NCBI GenBank assembly: GCA_965235115.1
Contig: OZ249436.1
Location: 48,734,001 to 48,798,000, forward strand
DNA length: 64,000 nucleotides
Reading direction: 5' to 3'
Origin: Laetmonice hystrix
Lineage: Eukaryota
The notes under the pieces were generated by a model. That model was not told where the DNA came from. It ran no database searches and saw nothing but the letters and a program-made list of their open reading frames with translations. The stretch's first letter is position 1, and every line of letters starts with the position of its first letter. Below are positions 21,126 to 34,500 of the stretch, one piece after another. Made by a program: the position numbers and the translations under genes.

Positions 21126-22987
21126 TTTCCCTCTAATAATTTAATGCAATCTCGGGACGTCTTGTGTGGAAATAATAGGTTTCTTTTGTAGACCCAGTCA
21201 AATTCCGTGATCCTTGCCAGGAAATTCCGTTTTGAATTTTTAAAATTCCGGTTTTTTTTCGTTTTAGTATTTTCTCAGTATAGAGGGTGTCCCAAAAAAT
21301 GCACAACCACATCTGCACACCTGTCCCATTTGCGAGTCCAGTCTGTTTGCTCTAAGAAGAGCTCGAGCATATTCATGACCCTCCCACCCCACTCCTCTAG
21401 CGGGTCCAGTCAGGCCAACCCAGGTCCCAGCTACACTGTATACGGTCGACTGGGGAATTACCTGTAGTAAAAAAACGTTTTCCGTCATTTTCCGTTTTAC
21501 ACTGGAAATTCCGTTTCAAATAGGAAATTCCGTTTCAAATAGTAAATTCCGCGATTCCGTCCGCGATTCCGTGATCGCGGAAATTGACTGGCTCTACTTT
21601 TGGTTAAAATAATGCATTTTATACCCCTTTTTTTACCAAAATGTCTTTAACATAGTAATTTTTCTCCAAAAAAAGGGGGTGGGTCCGGGATACTTGGAAA
21701 TCCCCCTGGATACGCCACTGGGGAAGGGGGTCCATGCATGGCCCCGGACCTGCTGGTCTGTAGTAGGCCTATATAATACTAGGCCTACTAGGCCTAATAG
21801 CGCCTCTCTGGGCCCTAGTGCCCTTGCCAATTCATTATTAATTGGCTGCCAGGAACAAGAAAAATTGCCAATGATGAAGGACAATCACACTCCAAAATCA
21901 AAATCAGGCCTACCCACCAAGTTTTATCCAGATCTCTAAAACTGAGATTCACCTATAGATAGATTCCCGAGGTAGAAAATAGGGCCTATAGGCTTGTATG
22001 CCTATACACGCCTAGGCCTACTGCTATAGGGCCTAGGCCTAGTTATAGGCCTAGTAGGCCTAGGCCTACTACGACTCGAGGCCTACCTACTAGGCAGTGG
22101 CGATGGGTAGGCCTACTATAGCCTACTAATAGTGTACAACCAAACCATTCAATTTCAAGACCCCGTTCGTTCCTGTCAGAGGAACGCGATAATTAACCCG
22201 TGACGGTTTGACCTAGCTACCTATAGCTAGCGCTAGGGCACCAATTAGGAAGATTGAACTTTCTATAAGCCCAATGTAAGCTGACTGTCGATAGTCTTGA
22301 CATATCACTTTATTTGAATGCCAAAAGAAGCCGCTATCCTCTGTTGAGGTTTGGGTGTCTGGGCGTCGCCGTGGGTTCTCGGTAATTGACCATCAAGATA
22401 CTGTTAAGTGGTTCGGTTTACCTGAAACGACCCTATCTAGCTATTTGCTTCCTCCATCCCTGTAAAGGGTAAGCGATCGGCTCGGCAATCTTGTCCTTCA
22501 GGCCTTACGATAAATCCTGTTATGACAAGGAGATTGGGAACGCTGGGTAAGGTCACGGTCTTTCCTCTCAGAGGTTTCTTGGTCATGTTGACTGCCACTT
22601 CCATATTCACAGTGACACACACCAATAGTCTACAGCAGGGCCCATAGGCCCATAGGCCCCGGTATACATTTAGGCCTATGGATATTTTTGTGTGAGCGAG
22701 TAAGGGTCATAATCCATGCACAAAGCAGTAGGCCTAGAACTATAGGCCTACCTATCCGGCATGCTATGTTTTGTCCATAGACGTAGTAGGCTACTCTACG
22801 TCTATGGTTTGGTCGTACCGTATAAATAGTAGATTCAAATATTATGTAACGTTAGGCCTACTGCAATGTAGATCTACTCGATACTACTTAATTCGGTCTA
22901 TATTCAGTAGACTAGGGTAAACTACCCCTAGACTCTACCCGTGCATTTGCTGACCGACCCGCCGGCCAGCTTGAGTGTGACTCTTAA

Positions 22988-23254
22988 AGGGAAGGTAAAC
23001 ATATATCACAGATAGATATTCATCTTATACCTTAGATTAGGTACAAATATCATCGTTTTCCGGTGACTTATGACCCGCCAAAATACCAAAACAATCCGAG
23101 TAAAAGACGATCGTCATTTTCAATTGGAAAATATCCGATTTCATCCGCAAAATTTGCAAGAAAACGAAGTAATTATAGAGGCAGCATTCTCAGTATCATG
23201 CAAATGTGTTTTAAGACTGCTCATTTTCAATTTTTTTGCCAGTTTACCTTCCCC
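22988..23254. mobile_element. Kolobok-like MITE (TTAA target)
   Basis: TTAA|agggaaggtaaac ... gtttaccttcccc|TTAA. Confidence 0.8.
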
Positions 23255-23258
23255 TTAA

Positions 23259-23812
23259 AGGAAATATGTCACGACCGAAATCTTCAGTTTTCTGCTTACC
23301 TGCTCACCACTGACGTAGCCTACTTTATGGCACTGATTGTTTTTCATATTGATTCCGTCAACACATAGGCCTACTACGAGTATAGACAGCTGTGAAATTT
23401 TCCCTCATGATGTAGAAAAATGAATAAAACTAGCTGTAGTTTCCGCAAAATGCGATGAATCCGCCATTTTGGCCCCCTTTGGCTGCCGCGAATCGTTGGA
23501 ACAGGTCCCATGATCATGACGTGACTCTCGCTGTGATTACTCGAAATGTATAAACACGCGCTATAATGGCCCATCCGCCGATCGTGTGAGAAGGGTGCAA
23601 AACACAGCCGGCTGCAAATCCCGGGGTCTCGGAATCTAAGTTTGTTATTTTCAGTGACCGCATTAAGAATTGGCGATTTTTTTTTTACAAAATACCGGCC
23701 AAAGCTACATAAACAGGTAGGGGACCTTTGGGGCATATAGGAGAACCGCAATGCTGACATATCTTCACTGAAACACGTCGACGTATTATTTGAAATTCGT
23801 GACATATTACCT
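23259..23812. mobile_element. Second Kolobok-like MITE sharing the TTAA at 23255-58
   Basis: TTAA|aggaaatatgtcacga ... tcgtgacatattacct|TTAA. Confidence 0.8.
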
Positions 23813-25591
23813 TTAAGTAAGAAAGAGAGAAATTATTATTACAGTGAAAGCAGCAGGACCATAGATAACCTGTTACAGTAGGTAGTATCCTATCGTTAAC
23901 CTGATGATAAAATCTCGTATCTCCAAATTGGTGATTTTCATGATGTTATGAACTTTTTAACCTACTCAAACACAGCTCAATTGCATTTTGTTTTACATGC
24001 CGAATTCCATGTTTTTATGCTGTCATGTAAAAAACCGTATGATTTCAATGAGGATTTCTCGACAGACCGAGGACATGATGTATTTACGGTTGATAACTTA
24101 ATTCTCGTCTGCGGTTTCCATTATCTGAAGAAATCTGACCTACTTTTGGCGCCCTGTTTATCATGTAAGGGTCAAAGGTTAATCATATTAATACATAAAT
24201 AAACAGAGACTTTATTCGAGCATGTGCACAGTGCGATGAACGGTTGCGCCAGCTATATATGACAGCTTCGAACTGGTGGCTTGAGGTATACGCCGAATGA
24301 AATGTACGTTCACATTATACCGCGTAATTAAATAAGTTGTATTTCTGTAAGATCTCTTTTGGTTAAAAACTCATTGTGACAGCAGAGAACGGGTCCATCC
24401 ATAAAATAGGCTTTGCTTTGATACCAATAATTTGCGGGTGAATTTGCCTGCATGCAACATGACCTCATATATACATGTAAGGCCCGAATGTCCACGTCTA
24501 GGTGGAAGGTAAGTCCCAAGTTTCGTTATCCCTGTGTTTGGCGGTCTTACTTATATAGCTGCGTGCACATGACTTAGAAGTTGAAGTTACTGCAATTGTC
24601 GATCTAGCTTACAACGCATATTATTATATAGATATGCCTTTTGTTTTTCCTGACACTCACGACAAATGACACTGATGACACAACTCTGAAATATATCTCA
24701 GTTCGGGAACATGTGGATTCAAACCTTTCCAATGCCTGATGTACATTGTGTATAGGCACATCAAGCGGAAGCCTATGGCCCTATCTTCCTTGCGGTAGAG
24801 CAAACAGGACCGTGTTGATTGCTAATGGATTAATGAAAATTGACACACAAACGACCTCTCCTGGGTGGCAGTAAGGGTAAGCATACTATGCCTACACTCG
24901 CGGTGCTATCCATCCGGGGCAATATGATGACCCCTATAATTCACATATAGCAAAAGTGGGGCATTTGGCTGAATGCAAGCTAACATCCATAGGGTTGCTG
25001 ACGATTCGCCCTTCTCAGACCAAGATCATGCTCAGTAGGTCCCATTTGCAATGAATAACGGGGGTTTAGGGGTCACAATGGCCACAAAATGCAGGTCAGT
25101 GTGGGGATCAAATTTCTTGCGGACGTGCATCTTCGGGTAAAGGGCTCCAAATTCGCGAAACAGATTTAGACAAAATGCCGGCGTCTCTCCACCTGTTTAC
25201 TCCATTCATTGTCACCATTGTACCCCCTCCCCAGTATACATCCGCCTCTCACCCCAGAAGGACACACGGAGACGCTAAAGTGATTCGGCATGCACCCCCA
25301 AACGTCTTTACTGAGCACAAACTACATAGATCTGTTGACTGTTGACATATATTTCCTTTACTGCCTACAGTGGAAAACATTCAAGGTCTCAAAAGGTGGA
25401 GACATAAAGCGCTGTGTTCAATTCCTGTGACATATATTTTAGCGTTTATAGGGAAAGGGACACAGAAGACCAATTTGCTGTGATTTGTGGTCGACAAAAC
25501 GGCTGAATTTATAGCAGACGGCCACGCATAGCTCCAGTTATCGACACGGACCCCTGACCATAGAGTCACATACGTATACTCGAGACTGAAA

Positions 25592-28500
25592 ATGGACATC
25601 GATGAGGCACTGGCGAAAGTAGGAGGTTACAGGAGATGGCATCTAACTATGTTCTCCCTCGTGGGCTTGGCCATGTGCATGCCGCTGGCATGGCAGGGCC
25701 TCGCTATCGTCTTCGTAGGTACGTATTATCAATTCTAAGATAAAACGATGCACATAGGGCCAACTTACAAGATGCATGCACGCGTATACCAAAGGCGAAT
25801 GGGGGGGGGGGGGGGGCACAGGGGGCACGTGCTCGCCTTTAGCTTCACTAATTATAGGCCTACAGGCTATAGCCTACTCGTTATTAATTAATTTTAACAC
25901 TGACGGTGTATCTCAGGGAAAACCCGAGCTATTATGTAGGCCTATACCTCTAAAACTCTCATTCAAGAGCATGAGCTTTAATCAGTAATGCAAACAATCA
26001 TGAATCGCTTTTCTGTCGTCCCCCCCCCCACTTTAGTAAAATCCTGGATACGCCAGTATATACATACATCCAGAATGGTACCCAGTATACACTTTTTGTA
26101 ATATATTACTTGCAACCATACATGCACTTTACGCCTCAAACCTTTAACCTTATATAACGACATCGACCTTATACTATATAAGACATGGGACATGAAGAGA
26201 AACAACTTTGTGGTGATCTCGAAATTGCCACTTAGTGACGTCATTAAGTCGTAATAACGAGTTAATGACGTCACTAAGTGTTAAATTGGAGATCTCCACA
26301 AAGTTTTTTCTCTGAAACGAACGCGATTAACTCGTAATAACGACTTAGTGACGTCATTAAGTCGTAATAACGAGTTAATGACGTCACTAAGTGGTAATTT
26401 CGAGATCACCGCAAATTTTTTTCTCTGAAATGAACGCGATAAACTCGTAATAACGACTTAGTGACGTCATTATGTCGTAATAACGAGTTAATGACGTCAC
26501 TTAGTGGTAATTTCGAGATCACCAAAAGTTTTTCTTTTTATGTCCTTAACAGGGCTTGGCTAAAACAGATAATCAAAGAACCAGTATATCCTCAAGTACC
26601 TTCTATAGGCAACTGGCAGCCTTTCTGGGACTAAACATAATAATATTTATGAATATATTTATTGTATTGCTTTCTTTTGTTCCTTCTCTGTATAGCTTTG
26701 TATATTGCTATGGAAGCAGTAAATTCCTAAATAGCTTCGTTTTGATCCTATACGAAAACGCTATAGAGGGAGTGCTGACAACTGACTGAATTGCATTAAG
26801 CCGCTTTCACATGCACACGGTTTGCAGCGTGCGGCATGCGGCGTGCGTTTTTGTTAATAATGTAGCCAATGTAAATCGCCGCACACCGCAAACCGGGGGC
26901 ATGTGAACGGTGATATCTATTTTCAGTTGTTCCATTTCTGCAAAAACGCACGCCGCATGCCGCACGCCGCAAACCGTGTGCATATAAAAGCGGCTTAAAG
27001 TCTATAGGCCTAATAATAAAAAAAATTGGTGCCTAGCTGTGTATAATATCTATATTATGCCCAGTTACTTGATCCCGCTTGACATAGTTTACTTAAAATC
27101 CCCCGCATATTTGCCAGAGTCGACGTGGACCCGACGACTGGCCTTGAAATCAACTGACGCATCGGTGCTATGTTGTCCGCTCCCCTTTGCTCGTTGCAAG
27201 CCCTTCCGTTCGTTAAATTTCCAGCGATGTATTTCTAACGAACGGAAGATATATGCATGGAATGACCAATTCTTTTACGCTGGCCAAAGGTTTCTTTACT
27301 CAAAATTGTAAAGAAATCTAAGTTAATGGGACAAGAGGAATGACAGCGTCTATGCTGTCATTTCTATTGTTAAGAAATCTGTAAGAAAATCCGCAAGTGT
27401 AATAGGTTTGTATTTTTGGCCACCGTATGGTTTCGCTATTATTCGCTTCTTTTATTGATTGCTTTCACACCGTGATTACTTATGGCCAGGCTGGGAACCT
27501 CCCCATCACTGCAAGGTTCCCGTCGGTCAGGCTTTTAACGAGACCATACCGTTGAAAACGACGCGGGGGGGAAAGTTCGTCCCAGACCGGTGCAGGATGT
27601 ACGCTAACTTCACCATCAGTAACACGACGGAGCCGTGTCGGAACGGGTGGACCTTTCTCACGGAGGTCGACATTACCATTGTGACGGAGGTGATTGGTTT
27701 TACGTCTTAGTATTAAACTGCTAAACAAGTTTGATCACCAGATTGCTTTCTGTAACATTAAAGGGAGTCGTAAAATTCATTTTTTTCGATTTATGGCAGT
27801 CTTAGAAACATATCATTCGCATACCTTGGACTCCCAGTAACATCATGTGAGACTGTTATGGCCCAGCGACCAGTATTTAGTAAGGAAAATATGCCAAATC
27901 TCTCGCAAATACGTAGCTCAGAATTAGCGAGCGGCCCACAGGATATTTGAGTTGGCCGCGGTCGGGCGATGATGACGCGTGATCACGTGACTTCCGGGTG
28001 TGGAAGGGAATCTCCCTCTAGTCTAGTGTTGACCTAAATACCGCATGTACACCCGGAAGTCACGTGATCACGCGTCATCATCACCCGACCGCGGCCAACT
28101 CAAATATCCTGTGGGCCACTCGCTAATTCTGAGCTACGCATTTGCGAGAGATTTGGCATATTTTCCTTACTAAATACTGGTCGCTGGGCCATAACAGTCT
28201 CACATGATGTTACTGGGAGTCCAAGGTATGCGAATCATATGTTTCTAAGACTGCCATAAATCGAAAAAAATGAATTTTACGACTCCCTTTAAAACATCTT
28301 GTGAAATACTTGTATGAGTCTTTACGGAGCAGGGTCGGGAGGGTGGGGGAGGGGAGTTATCAGTTGCCTTCGATCGATTCTGGATTTCTGACAAGCATGC
28401 AGGTATAGGTGATTTACCATTTTATACTGATGTTCTTAATAACAAGTCCACCTCCCAAGACAACCTAGCTTTCCCCTAACTTTATTGCTAAGGCAAAAGA

Positions 28501-31500
28501 CAATATTCTACATACTTTCTCAGATTGATGTGAAAAAGGAGGAATCCAAAGTTCAGCGGTGTCGGAAGCTATTCAAAGTTGGGGGGGGGCACGCCTGATG
28601 CTTGAAGCAACCATTATCGGAAGTATATGGGCCATGTGTTAAAATTAATGAGTCACCAACAAAAGGTGAAGAACAATAAGACTGAAGAGTCACAATGCTT
28701 TATTCTGGATGGCCAGATGGCACTTCAAGGAATTTCTTTCAAGCATAATGGGAACAACCTCAGCCAATGGGAAATTTTAAAAATTTTTGGGGGGGGGAAT
28801 GATTCCCTGGCCCCCTCTAATATTGGGGGGGGGGGCATGGCCCCCGTGGCCCCCCTGTTCCGACACTCCTGCAAAGTGAAATGTTCTTTGTCCATTGGAT
28901 TCTCTGCTCCGAAAGGTGCACTCGCCTGATCGACCACAGTCTGGGCCAGAGGGGTCAAACAGACATGGTCTGCTGTAAAAGGTTGTTGTATATGGTTGGA
29001 TTCCTTGGACCCTCAGTAATAACTTCTAGGTGGACAACCTTTGCAACAAGCTACTGTAACTCCGCAATTCAAGATGGCGTCCAAGATGGCCGCCATATCT
29101 TAAAGTCTCCATAATGTCGTCAATTTGTATTGAATTTTCATGTGCAATACCTTGTTTCTATGGTTTTCAGGGTCGGAGAATCCATTTATGATGGTTTCAG
29201 AGTGATAAAGACTGCAATTCAAGATGGCGTCCAAGATGGCCGCCATATCTTAAAGTCTCCATAATGTCGTCAATTTTTATTGAATTTTCATGTGCAATAC
29301 CTCGTTTCTATGGTTTTCAGGGTCGGGGAATCAATTTATGATGGTTTCAGAGTGATAAAGACTGTAATTCAAGATGGCGTCCAAGATGGCCGCCATATAT
29401 TATGAAATCTCCATAATGTCGTCAATTTTCATTTCATTTTTATGTGTAATACCTGGTTTCTATGGTTCTCAGGGTCGGGGAATCCATTTATGATGGTTTC
29501 AGAGTGATAAAGACTACAATTCAAGATGGCGTCCAAGATGGCCGCCATATATCATGAAATCTCCATAATGTCGTCAATTTTCATTTCATTTTCATGTGTA
29601 ATACCTTGTTTTTGTGGTTTTCAGGGTTGTGGAATCTATGATGGTTTCAAAGTGACATGATAGCCTAAGTATAAATTACTCCGTTCGACTTTGACTTGAA
29701 TCAGTTCTAGTCCCGTGACAAAAGCGGCCCACCTAAAATCTCGGAACAAGTGTACTCTTGCTTGGCTGTGGTAGATGGCTCGCTCTCTCGCTCAATCACT
29801 CACCCATGCATGTAGTATAGTGGAATATTGCTTGTCTGCGGTGTTGCCTTTTAAGAACTGGTGATGGTATTGGCATTGCAGGTGTGTGAACCAAGATGAC
29901 ACAGACAGGGAACAGAGTTGTTGGAGTTGTGTCATTGGTGTCATTGGAGCGACCAAAGAAAAGGCGAGAGGATCTATACTGACTGTTGACTACAAGAAGT
30001 TGTCATTTGCCAGGCAGAATCACAAAAGGGACTTGTACATGTTACATCAGTAACAAAGCTGATGCTGCCATGACTGCTCGGCAGGATGATACTTACCGAA
30101 AACTACAGGAGCACATAGCCAACGACACGTGGATCACAGACAAATCCCCCAAACGGCATGCAAAATGCAGGAACCTCTACCTCAATGAAAAGAGCTATAC
30201 TGACAGAAAGGAAGCGTCTTGGAAAACCAGATAAGGCTGATCAACCCTCAAACAGTACACTTCCTAGGTCACCTATTGCCACCACACGACGCTTTGTTAC
30301 TGATGTAACATGTACAACTCCCTTTTGTGATTTTGCCTGGCAAATGACAACTTCTTGTAGTCAACAGTCAGTAGATCCTGTCGCCTTTTCTTTGGTCGCT
30401 CCAATGACACAACTCCTTCAACAACTCTCTTCCCTGTCTGGCTAGTCATCTTGGTTCACACACCTGCAATGCCAATACCATCACCAGTCCTTAGAAGCCA
30501 ACACCACAGACAAGCAATATTCCACTATACTACATGCGTGAGTAAGTGAGTCAGTGATTGATCATTGAGTGACTGAGGCAGGGAGAGTGAATGAGTGATT
30601 GAGCGAGGGAGCGAGCTATCTACCACAGACAAGCAAGAGTACACTTAATCCGGGATTCCCTCAAAGATTTTAGGTGGGCCGTTTTTGTCACGGGACTATA
30701 ACTGATTCAAGTCAATGTCGAACGTAGTAATTGGTACTTAGGCTATGTCTTAATGTTTGTTTTTCATTTATATGGTATAAAGCACATCATATGACTTTGA
30801 AACCATCATAAATAGATTCCACAACCCTGAAAAACAAGGTATTACACATGAAAATGAAATGAAAATTGACGACGCTATAGAAATTTCATGATATATGGCG
30901 GCCATCTTGGACGCCATCTTGAATTGCAGTCTTTATCACTCTGAAACCATCATAAATGGATTCCCCGACCCTGAAAACCACAGAAACGAGGTATTGCACA
31001 TGAAAATTCAATAAAAATTGACGACATTATGGAGACTTTAATAATAGGCCTATGGCGGCCATCTTGGACGCCATCTTGAATGGCAGTCTTTATTACTCTG
31101 AAACCATCATAAATGGATTCCCCGACCCTGAGAACCATAGAAACGAGGTATTAGAATGAAATGAAAATTGATGACATTATGGAGATTTCATGTGCTATAT
31201 GGTGGCCATCTTGGACGCCATTTTGGATTGTAGTCTTTATCACTCTGAAACCATCATAAATGGATTCCCCGACCCTGAAAACCATAGAAACGAGGTATTG
31301 CACATGAAAATTCAATAAAAATTGATTACATTATGGAGACTTTAAGATATGGTGGCCATCTTGGACGCCATCTTGAATTGCAGTCTTTATCACTCTGAAA
31401 CCATCATAAATGGATTCTCCGACCCTGAAAACCATAGAAACGAGGTATTGCACATGAAAATTCAATAAAAATTGACGACATTATGGAGACTTTAAGATAT

Positions 31501-34500
31501 GGTGGCCATCTTGGACGCCATTTTGAATTGCGGAGTTACAGTAGCTTGTTGCAAAGGTTGTCCACCTAGAAGTTATTACTGAGGGTCTAAGGAATCCAAC
31601 CATATACAACAACCTTTTACAGCAGACCATGTCTGTTTTCACAAAAAAAGCGTGGCTGGCCCCCTGGGTAATAGGTGACCTCCTCATCATCATTGGCGAT
31701 TTATATCGGGTGGATAAAAAAAACGCCCCGAACTTTAAACTCCAATATTTCAAAAAGTTTTGATTGTAATTCAATGAAATTTTTCTTACTATCACTTTAT
31801 GATGTTGCCTCTTAGTTGTTAATGTTACAACTCAATAGCTTGGATAATATATCCATAGCGCTGAAAACAAAAATCATTGTACAAAAGCGCAATGCCGGCC
31901 TAAAGCGAGTGGTAGTCGCACCAGAGTCCCTGGCCTCACACTAGAGTAGGTGTCAATCGGTCTCCCGTTTTCACTTCATACTGCTCTCAGTCTCTTTTTA
32001 CATCGCCAAAGCACTTCCTGATCTCTGATAGGGAATTATCTTCCCATTATTGGGAAATAAGCAGCGTTCTGAACGTGTTGCTAAACGTGATAATGATACG
32101 ATTTCCCTTAAACTTCTGCTTACAGTCATATCGTCCTAATGTTGCAGTTTCTCTGTAGGGTTTGGCAAATTAAACATCTGGGTTTCTCTAGAAGTACTAG
32201 GAATAGGACATAATTTATTATATCTAGTGGTTCACAACATTATACATATTGTAAAACTTGTAAAAACTAAATATTGAAAACTTTTTTTACCCACGGTACA
32301 ACGCGGTGCATCAAACAGGTGTCAATTTGGACACCTGGCAGCTGCATGATATTTGACCTAATTCCGGCATTGTGTTTTTAGACACTGATTTTTGTTTTTA
32401 GCGCCACGGGATTAATATCAAAGCTATTGAGCGGAAACTTTAACATACAAGAGATAATATCATGAAGTTATATTAAGAGAAATTTTAATGAATTATAATG
32501 CAAAGTTATTGAAATATTAAAGTTTAAAGTTCGGGGCGTTTTTTTTTATCCACCCGATATATAATTCTCTTGAAACCGATCGAACCCACATAGAAAGGTA
32601 GGGGAGCTATGGATCTGAGAATCGTTGTGAAAAGTCATGTATTATTTGAGATTCGCGAGACCATACCTTGAATAATCTTGGACGATGTGTATATATTTCA
32701 GTGGGATTTAGTGTGTAGCCGGAACTTCCTAGCGGAACTGTCGCAGACCCTCTACCAGGTTGGCGCGTTAACTGGAGAGCTACTCGCCGCTACCTTTCTG
32801 GATAAAATCGGGCGCAAGAAAATCTTTATCACCTGCCTTTTTCTTGTGGGTGCCTTTGGAACTGGGCTCAGTTTCACACAAAACTACATAGCCTTCGTCA
32901 TTGTTCGTACCATAGTAGCAATTCCCGTATCGGTGAGTATTTCATGGTCCTCGATCATAATGGCAATGATTGGTTTTATAATTGGAATGTTATTCGATCA
33001 AACCTGATACTGATGTGTAACACGAGGATTAGGCCTATTGGAAGCTCCTCAAGTTTCCACGCTGTCCAGCTTCGCACTGGAGCCAACTTACATGTAATCA
33101 GGAAATCGAGATATAAATTTGAAATGGCTGTCACCGGGACATCGTGGAAGCTGTGCATCCCGGTTTTTCATGTGACGTCACAACCCTCGCGATACCAGAG
33201 CTGAGAGAGGTTCCGCCATTTTCGACGTATAACTCCCAAGGTTACCTAGGTTACCAGTATTAAACTTCTAGGTAAAACGTACCTAGCCGGGCACGCGAAA
33301 CCCCGGCCGTAGGCCTACACCTTAGTTATTACACCCAGTAAGTTTCACTCATAAATATAATAATAACACATACTTGTGTTGCATTTATGAAATAGATTTC
33401 AACTTGTTATAGACGGCTTAATATGATTTTGTTGGTTCATGACAATGAATGCTATGAACACGGCCCTGGTTGATATTTTAAAATGGCATCCGGTACCTGC
33501 ATCCATTCCTTACGTCGGCAGTCATTCCCGCCAGACGGGACGTGAAGGTTAAGATTATATATACGGGTTACATTGAAGACATTAATCACAATGATTAAAC
33601 GTACTGTTAATGTATATAACGGCTGGCTTCGAGACATATAGGCCTAGGTAGTTTCAGATATCGCAACATGGAGATCATTCTCGAGGGTGCACAGGAAGGA
33701 CAAATTAGGCCTCGAGCATTTTAGTTTGATGGGTGCAGCCATCTCTCCAAGGAACTCCTATTAAAATGTAAAACTAGGCCTACTTGTTCCATGTGACACC
33801 TTTTTTTGTGTCTCTATAGGCAGGTACACTGACAGGGTTGATTATCGTCATGGAAATGTTCGATTCGTCAAAGAGGGCATTTGCCGGAATCGGGATCGAA
33901 GCGTTTTGGGTCGTAGACTACGTGCTTCTCCCGCTGTTTGCGTATTTTCTACGAGATTGGCGCCATTTAGAATTGACAATTTCAGCCATCGTTTTCATCT
34001 GGCTGGTATTCATATGGTAAGGCACAAGCGGATCCGGGGGTCGACCCCCCCTCTTGGGAACCATTTTTTTATTTTCCCCCATAGAACTTTCTGAACTGAC
34101 AATACTGTCCCCTTAGCAAATTCTACCCCTGACCCCCCCCCCCCCCCCTTGGCAAAATCCTGACTGCATGCAGTCTAGATCCCAAAACATAATACTGGCA
34201 GACGATCATGCTAAAGCGTTTCTTAAGTTACGATAAATGATTTCGTTACGTCACCAGATTGTTGTTTGAAAGAAAATTAAGGTCTGAAATAAACCAAACT
34301 CGTATTTCTTTGGGTATCTGAGCCTTTGATACCTGATCGTTACCCCCTTTTTAACTTTCTACCGATTCTTCAAAAATAGGATTCTCCCTGAATCGCCGCT
34401 ATGGCTCGCGGCCAACAAGCGGTTCGACGAGGCGGAGGAAATCATTCAGAAAATGGCCCGATGGAATGGAGTCCGAACAGGTGGGCGTCTGCTTCAGAAA

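Noticed and set aside
22322..22605. RNase P/MRP or 7SK RNA gene
   Set aside because: GAGGAAAGACCGTG and CACGG only loosely resemble the P4 conserved regions; spacing and consensus do not fit well enough without a covariance-model search.
24690..25310. Coding-looking stretch upstream of SLC22
   Set aside because: No sustained ORF or recognisable motif in the frames I translated; possibly an old TE fragment.
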